Assembly (NCBI RefSeq): GCF_006345805.1
Contig: NC_043014.1
Coordinates: 37,014,001-37,078,000 of the forward strand
From: Octopus sinensis
Lineage: Eukaryota
Reading direction: 5' to 3'
Length of the DNA: 64,000 nt
Part shown: positions 53,014-64,000 of the stretch, piece by piece
Layout of the letters: each line of letters opens with the position of its first letter
Numbering within the stretch: the first letter of the stretch is position 1
The notes under the pieces: model-generated
What the model was told of the DNA's origin: nothing
What the model saw: only the letters and a program-made list of their open reading frames with translations
Databases searched by the model: none
Program-made: the position numbers and the translations under genes

Positions 53014-53850
53014 TTTGTGGAAAACATAAATCCGAGGAAGAAGCACACTCTAAGAAGTAGAGCAGTCTATATAAATATATTTTTTTATAATGGGGAAGGC
53101 CTGTTTATGGGATTGCCCTGGGTTCCCCGTCCATAAAAGGTTTACCTTTATGGTGTATCATTCAGAACCCAAAACTTGTTGGCCTAAGACCTCTTCAAAA
53201 AAATTTTGAAGAGGTCTTAGGCCAACAAGTTTTGGGTTCTGATGATACACCATAAAGGTAAACCTTTTATGGACGGGAAACCCAGAGTAATCCTATAAAC
53301 CCGCCTTCCCCAGCAAAACAATATATATATATATATATATAGGCACAGGTATGGCTGTATGGTAAGAAGTTTGCTTTCCAACCACAAGGTTCCAGGTTCA
53401 GTCCTACTACAGGCCACCTCGGGAAAGTGTCTTCTACTATAGCCTCAGGCCACCAAAGCCTTGTGAGTGGATTTGGTAGGCAGAAACTGGAAGAAGCCCA
53501 TCATGTGTGTGTGTATGTGTGCGTCTGTGTGTCTTTATGCCTGTTTGTCCCCACTACTGCTTGACAACCGGTGTTGGCATGCTTATATACCCATAACTTA
53601 GCAGTTTGGCAAAACAGACTGATGGAATAAGTACCAGGCTTAGCAAAATATTAAGTACTGAGTTCAACTCATTCAACTAAAAATTCTTCAAGGCGGTGCC
53701 CCAGCATGGCCACAGTCTAATGACTGATAAAAGATATGTGTTTGTGTGTGTGTATATATATATATATATATAATAATATAATAAATAAATAAAATATATG
53801 CATATATACATACATATATGTACATACTTACATCTACATGTATATATACA

Positions 53851-53896
<46 letters not shown>

Positions 53897-56408
53897 TACA
53901 GGACACCACAAATAAACGTAGAACACAACGAGAAATGAAAACATAGAATCAAACAAGGAAACGGACTTTTTTTAACAACAAAAAAACAAGGAAACAGACT
54001 TTTTTTAAACAATGAAAAAACAGAGTACAGGACAAGCAATACAAGGAAAATTCCCCTTCATCAGCTGCACCTGGTTCGACTCAATGCATGTTTCGAAGAC
54101 ACATTGAGTCGAACCAGGGGCAGCTGATGAAGGGGAATTTTCCTTGTGTTGTTTGTCCTGTACTCTGTTTTTATCGTTGTTTAAAAAAAGTCCGTTTCCT
54201 TGTTTTTTCGTTAAAAAAAGTCCGTTTCCTTGTTTGATTTTATGTTTTCGTTTCTCGTTGTGTTCTACGTTTATTTGTGGTGTCCTGTACTCATATATAT
54301 ATATATGCATGTATATATACATGTAGATGTAAGTATGTACATATATGTATGTATATATGCATATAATTTATTTATTTATTATATTATTATATGACCGAAC
54401 GCATGCATTATTTCTCTATTTCTCTTCTCCAAGTAAGTTTTTATTATATATATATATATATATATATACATACACACATGCACACAAACATATATATATA
54501 TTTATATGAGAGAGAGACTGAGAGATAGAGTGAAAAAGTTTCAGTCTTCAAGATATTTCATATGGTGAATGTCAGAGTTTTGCAACACACTGTCCTATAA
54601 TAATATACAATGTGGTCTAAAAAAAACTCAGATACATAAATGCAAATTTTATATTCATATTTAACACAGACTGATTTACCTGGTGGTAATGTTGGCTTCA
54701 ATTCTTTCTCTTTGGACTCAGTTTCTTTTGCCCTATTTTTTTCATTTTCATTCACTTCTTCCTTTTTCTTCTTTTCTTCTTCTTTGTGCTCTTCCTTCTT
54801 TCTCTCAGGCTTCTCTTCTTCTTCCTCCTCTTCACTGTCTGAGGATGAGTCAGCAAATATAGCTTTAAAGAGATCCATAGGTGGCCTCTCTCCCTCTTCA
54901 ACAGTCTGAAATGAAAGAAACCAGAAGGCTTCTGTAATCCAATAAAACAAAAGGATTTATTGGGGCAGTTTAAAATATTAGTGTCCCACAACAGCTTCAC
55001 TTCAAAATAGGACATATTATGTGTAAATTCATAAATCAAAATACAATACAATTTGCTGCAAGAAATGTTCATTTAACTCTGAACACAATCCAAGTTCATT
55101 TGTAAACCACCAAAATTCTAAGTTTATTTTACTGCCCTTTAAATGATTAAAGACAAAATTGACCTTGTAACAAAGATGGAATAAGGATAAAGACAGAAAC
55201 CTGGTTGAGAGATTTTCAACCAGGTTGAAAATCTACCAACATACACCAGAAAAGGTAATGGACAAAAAGGGGAAGGCAAAAATCCTCTGGGACTTTGACT
55301 TCCACACAGACAAGGTGTTAGTAACCTTTAGGAGGGTCAAAACAAGAGTGACTAATAATTGATGAGGCAGTGCCAGGAAATCAACATATTAATCATGAAA
55401 GAAAGAGAAAAGATTGCTAAATATGGAGACCTGAGAATTGAGAATGCTAAGATGTGGCAACTACGAGAGTCAAGCATAAAGGTTGTCCCTATTGTCATTG
55501 GAATATTGGGTTCAATACCACCCAACCTGGAAAAACATCTGGAAACTTTAGAAATAACCTACAATCTAGGTGTATTGCAAAAATCGGCCTTACTTGGAAC
55601 TGCATGCATAATGCATAAAGTACTGTCTGTCTGAAGTCCTTGTTGTGACTTGACAGAGAGTACAAACCCCTGGTAGACACAATATCATCAATCAACATCA
55701 CGATATTAGATACTGTGTGATGTCTTAAACAATAATGATAATAATCTTTTCTATTATAGGCACAAGGCCTGAAATTTGGGGAGGGGGACTAGTTGATTAC
55801 ATCAGCTCATGCTTCACTGGTACTTAATTTATTGACCCCGAAAGAATGAAAGGCAAAGTGAACCTCAGTGGAATTTGAACTCAGAATGTAGTGATGGGTG
55901 AAATACCACAAAGCACTTCATCCGGTGAGCTAACAATTCTGTCAGCTTTCTGCCTTAATAATAAGAATCCTTTCTACTAAAGACATAAGCCTGAAATTTT
56001 GGGGGAGGGGACTAGTTGATTACATCAACCCCAGTGCTCAACTGGAACTTATTTTATCGACCCGAAAAAGATGAACGACAAAGCTGACCTTGGCAGAATT
56101 TGAACTCAGAACATTAAGACAGACGAAATGCTACTAAGCATTTTGCCCATTGTGCTAATGATCCTGTCAGCTCACTGCCTTAATAATAATAACTATAGTT
56201 TCAAATTTTGTGACAAGGGCAGCAATTTTGGGGGAGGGGATAAGCTGATTACATCAACCCCAATGTTCAACTGGTACTTATTTTACTGACCCTGAAATGA
56301 TGAAAGGTAAAGTCAACCGCAGGAGAATTTGAACTCTGAAAATAGCAACAGGCAAAATATCACTAAGCATTTTGTCAAGCATGCTAACAATTCTGCCAGC
56401 TCGCTGCC

Positions 56409-56451
<43 letters not shown>

Positions 56452-56688
56452 TAATAACATTAATAATAATAATCCTTTCTACTATAGGCACAAGGCCTGA
56501 AATTTTGGAGGAGGGGGCCAGTCGATTAGATCGACCCCAGTATGCAACTGATACTTAATTTATTGACCCTGAAAGGATGAAAGCTAAAGACAACCTTGGC
56601 GGAATTTGAACTCAGAAAGTAGCAGCAGACAAAATACCGCTAAGCATTTCAGCCAGCATGCTAATGATTCTGCCAGCTTGCTACCTTC

Positions 56689-56733
<45 letters not shown>

Positions 56734-57456
56734 GTAGTAATAGTAATGATTTCTAACATAGGTATAAAGACTTGAATTTCAGATCAAATTCAGTCCCCGA
56801 CTGAAAGGGTTGAATAATAATCCTTTTACTTACTGGTTGAGGGGTTGATGTTATCACTGGTTCTTTGTTGGGACTATCAGAGATGGAAGGTGTAGAGGCT
56901 GGCTTTTCAGCCATTAGGTGACTGAAAATGGAAGGTTTTTCAGGTGCAGAAGTTGTTGTTTTATCACTGGTATTCTTTGCCGTGTTGTCACTGCTCTTTA
57001 CAGGATCATCTGATAATGATGAATCAGCATTGAAAGCAAAAATACAGAGGATTTAAGAAGAAAAAACAAATCCCCAAATAATGAAGTAGAAAAAAAAAAC
57101 AAAGAAAAAAAGCTTCAAAGGGGACATATGATCTTGACATGCATGATAATGATGCTCATTTACAAACATCATATGTCTAAACAAAAGTACACACACACAC
57201 ACACACACACTCATAAAAGAGGCTAAATTGGCTTTGCAGGGATCTTGTTTTTGTATACATTTGCTGCTTTCTTCCAAGGAATCTAATGCTCTTAGCTTAG
57301 TTTTTCCTTGGGGCTGGCCAGATTGGAGCAATCTCAAGTATAATCAGCCAAAATTGCAAAGATAATCTGGTACTTGACTGAGGAAAGAAAACTTCGAATG
57401 ACCCATCCTTTTTTTTCTTTGTATCGTCTATCTGGATGCTTTGTTGTCCCATTTTG

Positions 57457-57492
<36 letters not shown>

Positions 57493-57510
57493 CGGCAAAC
57501 ATACACTTTG

Positions 57511-57552
<42 letters not shown>

Positions 57553-60500
57553 TAATATTGAGGGGTCAGCAAAAGAAATGCATCACCACATACCGAAGTT
57601 CAGAAATAGCAGCCAAAATCTAAGCCATTTCTTCTACTTGATTACTTCGTAATTAATTAGTTTTACCCTTAATTGCTATATATATAGATTAATCAGCCGA
57701 AATTGCGAAGATGATCCGGTTCTTGATTGAAGATTGAAGGCTTCGAATGTCCCGTCCGTTTTTTTTTGTGTGGGACTGAACCCGGAACCATGTGGTTGGT
57801 TAGCAAGCTACTTACCACACAGCCACTCCTGCACCTATTATATATATTTTTACCATAAAAATTTGTCTCATTTAGTGAAACACTAATACATATATCAAAA
57901 ATATAAACAGTTAGGTACAATATAACACCATATATATATATATGTATTTATGTATGTATGTATGTATGCATGTATGTATCATCATCATCATTTAACGTCT
58001 GTTGTCCCATACTGATATAGGTTGGATGGTTTGACCAGGGCTGGTATGGCCTGAGGGGCTGCACGAGACTCCAGTCTGATTTGGAATGGTTTGTACAGCT
58101 GGATACCCTTCCTAACGCCAACTGAGAGTGTAATGGGTGCTTTTACATACCACCAGCTTCCATGCCAGTTGTGTGACACCAGTATCTGCCACTACTACAA
58201 TTTCACTTAGCTTGACAGGTCTTCTCAAGCACAGCATATCACTAAAGGTCTCAGCCACTAGTCATTGACTCCATGAGGCCCAACGTTCAAAGATCATGCT
58301 TCACCACCTCATTCCATGTCTTCCTTGGTTTCCCCTTCCACTATTAGAGATTGGCACTTCTTCATATAGCTGTCCACATCCATATACATCACATGACCAT
58401 ACCAACACAGTCATCTCTCTTGGATACTATATCCAATGTCTGTTATGCCCAACTTTTCTCTCAAGACATTTACACTCTGTCGTACATGCAAACTGACATT
58501 GCATATCCAGCGAAGCACACTAGCTTCATTTCTTTCAAAGCTACACATGTTCTTGGTAGTCACAGCCCGTGTTTCACTGCCATGTAGCATAGCTGTTTGC
58601 ACACAGGCAACATACAATCTGCCTTTCACTCTGACGGAGCGGCCCTTAGTTACGAACAGATGTAGGAGCTCTCTGAACTTTACCCAGCCTATTCTTATTC
58701 TAGCAGCTACACTCTGAGAGCATCCACCTCCACTACTGACTTGGTCACCAAGCTAACAGAAGCTATCAACTACTTCTAATTTTTTCCCCTGGTATTTGAG
58801 GGAGTGTATTTTCCATACATTTTTAATGTTTATTGTACCTGTACACTTCCACACACAAAAAACTAGTTTCCCTGTTAACGTTCCTCTGATATTGCTGCAC
58901 TTCTTATGTGTCCATAGCTTACACTGGATACAGTTTCTACCTACGCCTTTTCTACAGATCAAGCAGGGCTATCTACCTGAAGGAATTTGTGATTTGTCTG
59001 CTTTTCTACTTACTAAGACTTTAGTTTTTGCTAAGTTAACTCTAAGGCTCTTTAATTCTAAACCTTGCTTCCACACCCAAAATTTCTTCTCTTGTTCAAG
59101 TAGTGATTCAGCTATAAGAGCAAGGTCATCAGTATAGAGGAGCTCCCAGAGGCAGCCTGTCTTAAATTCCTCTTGTACTGCCTGGAGGACTATGATGAAC
59201 AAGAGGGAGCTGAGGACTGAGACTTGGTGAACCCCCACTTGTATCCTGAATTCATCGCTATATTCATTGCTGACAGCATCCCTGTACATGGTTTGTACAG
59301 CTCTCACCAACCACTCATCTAACCCTAGCTTCCACATTGACCACCAGATAAGAGAGCAAGGGACTGTCCAAGGCTTTCTGCATGTCGAGAAAAGCCAAGT
59401 ACTGGGGTTTATTTTTGGCTAGATAATCCTCCTGCAGTTACCTAACCAGGAATATAGCATCAGTTGTGCTCCTACATGGCATAAACCCAAACTGCATCTC
59501 ATTTATACTAACTCTCTCCCTAATTAATTGAGCTATGACCCTTTCTGTGACTTTCATCATCTAGTCCAGTAATCTGATGCCTCTGTAATTATTTCTGTCT
59601 AAGGCATCACCTTTACCTTTATAGCAGTTGACTATGGTGCTGCTACACCAACCATTGGGTAGGACTCCCTCATGAACAATCTTATTAATTATATGGGTGA
59701 TTAGGCAATATCCTACACTACCAGATATTTTAAGCATTTCCGTGGTGATTCTTGATGGGCTGGGGGTCTTCTCTGTATTCATCATCATCGTTTAACGTCC
59801 GCTTTCCATGCTAGCATGGGTTAGACGGTTCAACTGGGGTCTGGGAAGCCAGAAGGCTGCACCAGGCCCAGTCTGATCTGGCAGTGTTTCTACGGTTGGA
59901 TGCCCTTCATAACGCCAACCACTGTGAGTGTAGTGAGTGCTTTTTATATGCCACTGGCACAGGTATCCTTAATTACTTTATCTACCAAGCTACAGTCAAT
60001 TCAGATAGCAAGTCCCTCAGTTGGCCTGGGGCTATAGTAGAAGATACTTGCCCCAACACATAACCATGTGTGTACCTTGTATTAACAGCAATAAGAAGCA
60101 GCAAAATTTTAATCATTCTGCATTATTATATTGTTACTACAAGATTCAGTTTTCTGAATCTTATAGTAACATCATTGATAAAATTCCCAAACAATACCAA
60201 CAGAGCACAATATCATCTCAATACAATAACAGATGATTGGGTTGGTAAGATGTTAAGCTACAGGCTAAAGGATTAAATGTTCATCATCATTTAATGTCAG
60301 TTGTCCATGCTGGCATGGGTTGGATGGTTTGACCTGTGCTGGCAAGCTGGATGCCCTTCTTAATGCCAACCACTTTACAGGGTGTGCTGGGTGTTTTCAT
60401 GTGGCATCACACAAGCGCTTTTAGGTGGCACCAGCATGAGTGCTTTTTATGTGGCACTGACACAGGACTCTTACAGGCCAATCTGCTTCAGCAGGGGGAC

Positions 60501-62018
60501 TGCCCTTAACATCACGAGGGGGAATGAATACCAGAACTGTACAGTATCCATGGGTATGACACTTAACTCTCTTTGCCAGAGTCAACCAAACCATGAATTA
60601 GGGACTACAGAGACAACTGACTGTTACAATAAGAATATAGCCGTAAGAGTGGCTGTGTGGTAAGTAGCTTGCTTACGAACCACATGGTTCCAGGTTCAGA
60701 CACTTACCCAAGGTGCGTGGCACCTTGGGTAAGTGTCTTCTACTATAGCCTCGGGCCGACCAAAGCCTTGTGAGTGGATTTGGTAGACGGAAACTGAAAG
60801 AAGCCTGTTGTATATATGTATGTGTATATATATGTGTGTGTAGGTGTTTGTGTGTCTGTGTTTGTTCCCCAACATCGCTTGACAACCGATGCTGGTGTGT
60901 TTACGTCCCCGTAACTTAGCGGTTTGGCAAAAAAAAGAGACCGATAACATAAGTACTAGGCTTACAAAGAATAAGTCCTGGGGTCGATTTGATCGACTAA
61001 AGGCGGTGCTCCAGCATGGCCACAGTCACATGATTGAAACAAGTAAAAGAGTAACTATTTCCTGCACCTTAGCCATGATAGAAGAACTTTGTTTCAACCA
61101 ATTTAATCATTATATTGGGTTGTCATTAATTTTTTTTCATCCCCACCACCTCCTGCTCCATTTGTTTTATTCTTTCCCAATGTTATTTGAATAAACATGA
61201 AAAATATTTTTCTCTGTGGAAGGGAGAGACCCAGGAAGACGTGGGATGTGATGGTGACATATGATCTTCAGATGTTGAGTCTCACGGAGGTGATGACAAC
61301 TGACTGAGACTCTTTTACTTGTTTCAGTCATTTGACTGTGGCCAAGCTGGAGCACCGTCTTTAGTCGAGCATATCGACCCCAGGACTTATTCTTTGTAAG
61401 TCTAGTACTTATTCTATCGGTCTCTTTTGCCAAACCACTAAGTTACGGGGACGTAAACACACCAGCATCAGTTGTCAAGCAATACACACAAACATATACA
61501 TACACACAAACATATACATACACACATACATACATTTATATACATATATACAATGGGCTTCTTTCAGTTTCTGTCTACCAAATCCACTCACAAGGCTTTG
61601 GTCGGCCTGAGGCTAAATTAGAAGACACTTGCCCAAGGTGCCACACAGTGGGACTGAACCCGGAACCATATGGTTCGTAAGCAAGCTACTTACCACACAG
61701 CCACTCCTATGCCTTTACTGTGCTTAAGAAGACATGTCAAACTAAGTGAAATCATAGTCATGGCTGGTGCTGGTGGCACATAAAAGGCACCTGTACCAGT
61801 GACATGTGAAAGGCACCCATGCTGGTGATACATTAAAGGCACCCAGTATACTTTTTGAAGTGGTTGGCATTAGGAAGGGCATCCAGCTGTAGAAATAAGC
61901 CAGAACAGACTGGTACCTGGTGCAGCTCTCCGGCTTACTACTTCCAATCAAACTGCCTAACCCATACCAGCATAGAAAATGGATGTTAAATGATGATGAT
62001 GTAGTAGTTAGTAAGTAA

Positions 62019-62117
<99 letters not shown>

Positions 62118-62145
62118 CAGCAGTAGTAGTAGCAGCAGCAGCAGT

Positions 62146-62200
<55 letters not shown>

Positions 62201-62526
62201 AGTAGTAGTAGTAGTAGTAGTTTCATTACTTTTTTTCTAGCTGTATTCTTCCTCTACAACTTTTGTTTATCATTTTTGAAACTTAAACAAATTCTACCTC
62301 TTTCCAGGTGCATGATGACAGAGTACTAACATCATACTAAACTCAGCACTGCAAGCAAAAATGACAACAAAAAATCATACCCAAGTTGGACTTAATACAA
62401 ATAAAAGACCACACCACAGTACCTTGTTGACATCTGTTTTTCTCTTCTGTTACCGGCGGTGGTGCAAGAAAATCAAAAATGGAATATTTGTCATGTTTTG
62501 CTTTTGGTACACCAATAATACCAGAC
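47592..62526 (-). CDS. GPATCH1: G-patch domain-containing protein 1, 3' part (upstream exons lie beyond 64000)
   Basis: Exons on minus strand: 62526-62423 ([20 protein letters not shown]), 57009-56834, 54905-54680 ([25 protein letters not shown]), 52289-52119 (YGPALPP), 49832-49717, 47708-47592 (poly-K/poly-S tail, TGA). All introns are GT-AG with consistent phases. The RP(S/P)MDLF(K/R)AIF and DKYS(V/I)F motifs are characteristic of the GPATCH1 C-terminal region. Confidence 0.9.
55350..55740 (+). mobile_element. R4/Dong-type (restriction-like endonuclease) LINE 3' fragment
   Basis: [20 protein letters not shown]...[10 protein letters not shown]...[10 protein letters not shown] resembles the REL-endonuclease C-terminus of R4-clade elements. 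Followed by a TAA-rich tail. Confidence 0.7.
55740..56690 (-). mobile_element. Array of four family C SINE copies separated by (TAA)n
   Basis: Units at ~55740-55955, 55958-56180, 56185-56410 and 56465-56688. A similar plus-strand cluster lies at ~50465-51075. Confidence 0.8.
57975..59780 (-). mobile_element. Degenerate RTE-clade LINE (reverse transcriptase plus 3' end)
   Basis: Frameshifted RT pieces: [71 protein letters not shown]. Ends in a (GAT)n tail at ~57980. Confidence 0.88.
62000..62221. repeat. (AGT)n/(AGC)n compound trinucleotide repeat in a GPATCH1 intron
   Basis: Direct inspection. Confidence 0.95.
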
Positions 62527-64000
62527 CTAAAATATACAAACAATACGATTTTAGGAACAAAAATTTTAAGCTTAGTTTCCTTCTCTTGCTCTTCCCTCTG
62601 GCTAGGTAACTAAGTCTCTCCTTTGCAGCAGCACACCTGTTTCTGCTTTTTTTCTTGTTATGTCTCTCTTTCTCTCTCTCTCTCTCTCTCTTTCGGCCAG
62701 GTAACCATGTACCTTCTCTATAGCAAGACACCTGTTTCTACCTCTCTGTCTCTTTGTCACACTCTGATCTTCCCTCATCTGACACAAGATCACCTCCAAT
62801 GCTCCCTCTCCTCTCAAAATACCTTGTCTTGCAAGTTATTTGGTGTCTCTGCCAATGCTGGTGCCATGTAAAAATCATCCAGTCCACACTGTGAAGTGGT
62901 TGGTGTTTGGAAAGACATCCAGCTGTAAAACCCATGCCAAAACTGACTTTGTCCGTGGTGGTGTGACATAAAATGCACTCAGTTCACTCTACAGAGTGGT
63001 TGGTGTTAAAAAGGGCATCCAGTTGTAAAAAACCATGCTAAAACAGACACAGTAGCCTAGTGTATCTTCTACCTGGCCAGCTCCTGTCAAACCATCCAAC
63101 CCATGCCAGCATGGAAGACAGGACATTAAATGATGATGATGATGATGATATGGGTTGCTGACAGAAATGTTAGCACGCCGGGCGAAATGCGTAGCCGTAT
63201 TTCGTCTGCCGTTATGTTCTGAGTTCAAATTCCGCCGAGGTCGACTTTGCCTTTCATCCTTTCGGGGTCGATAAATTAAGTACCAATTACGCACTGGGGT
63301 CGATGAAATCGACTTAATCCGTTTGTCTGTCCTTGTTTGTCCCCTCTATGTTTAGCCCCTTATGGGTAATAAAGAAACAGATATGGTAAGAAATTTCTTC
63401 AACAATTACTGTGCAACACCATGTATAAGTGTTTTATATCATGGCTTCAAGTTAGCCCAATCTTTATGAGTGAAACTGTGAAAGCCTGTTAGATGGACAA
63501 TACCTAGTCTTGAGTCATCATCATCATCACCATCTTTTAACATCTGTTTTCCATACTGACATAGGTTGGACAGTTTGACGGGATGGGTGACAGGACTGTG
63601 TCGAGCTCCAACGTCAGCTCTGGTGTGATTTCTACAGCATGATGCCCTTCTACCTCCCAGTCTGTCATTGGCTCTTGGCACCCAGGTAGCTTTAGCAGAG
63701 TCCAGTTTGTAGCAAGCGTTCATTTAGTGTGGGGTCCTGGTCAAAGAATAATCTATGAGCTGTAGGTTCTTTCCCTCCGTTCCTCCTCCAATCTCAAAGA
63801 CCCTATAAGAAACAATTCAAATTTTTTGCTTAAATCCTAGTAATGGACCGCCCTTCTATTTTTGAAGAAATCAGAAACAAGAATTCTTTACAAGGCTATA
63901 TAGGTACAGTTATGGTTGAGTGGTTAAGAAGCTTGCTTTCCAGCCACTTGGTTCTGGGGTCAATCCCATTGCTTGGCACATTGGGCAAGTGTTTTCAACT

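Noticed and set aside
62008-62329. Poly-T/A/V ORFs (and the poly-H ORF at 51114-51299)
   Set aside because: Trinucleotide repeats inside introns, with no usable exon context.
62450-62871. ORFs adjoining the GPATCH1 exon (KERLSYLARGK...)
   Set aside because: They run through (GA)n and repeat sequence. Only 62423-62526 has splice sites and homology.

Overview
AT-rich, repeat-dense animal genomic DNA. The SINE/LINE families and kb-scale (TA)n tracts point to a coleoid cephalopod, most likely Octopus (inference). Three spliced protein-coding genes can be rebuilt from splice signals and protein similarity. TRIQK (minus strand) has 3 coding exons and 88 aa. ENY2/Sus1 (plus strand, divergent from TRIQK) has 5 exons and 105 aa, a ~15-17 kb first intron, a GC-AG intron and a tandemly duplicated exon 2. 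The 3' part of GPATCH1 (minus strand, convergent with ENY2) has 6 exons. The rest is tRNA-derived SINEs, CR1, RTE and R4/Dong-type LINE fragments, MITE-like DNA elements, microsatellites and many long fold-back hairpins. The most notable observations are: (1) two intact, same-phase copies of ENY2 exon 2 that differ only at non-synonymous sites, inside a patchwork-homogenised duplication; (2) a tRNA-headed element carrying Penelope-type minimal hammerhead ribozyme motifs in an inverted arrangement; (3) fold-backs and inverted duplications whose breakpoints coincide with transposon target-site duplications. All coordinates and alignments were done by eye, and no database searches were run.
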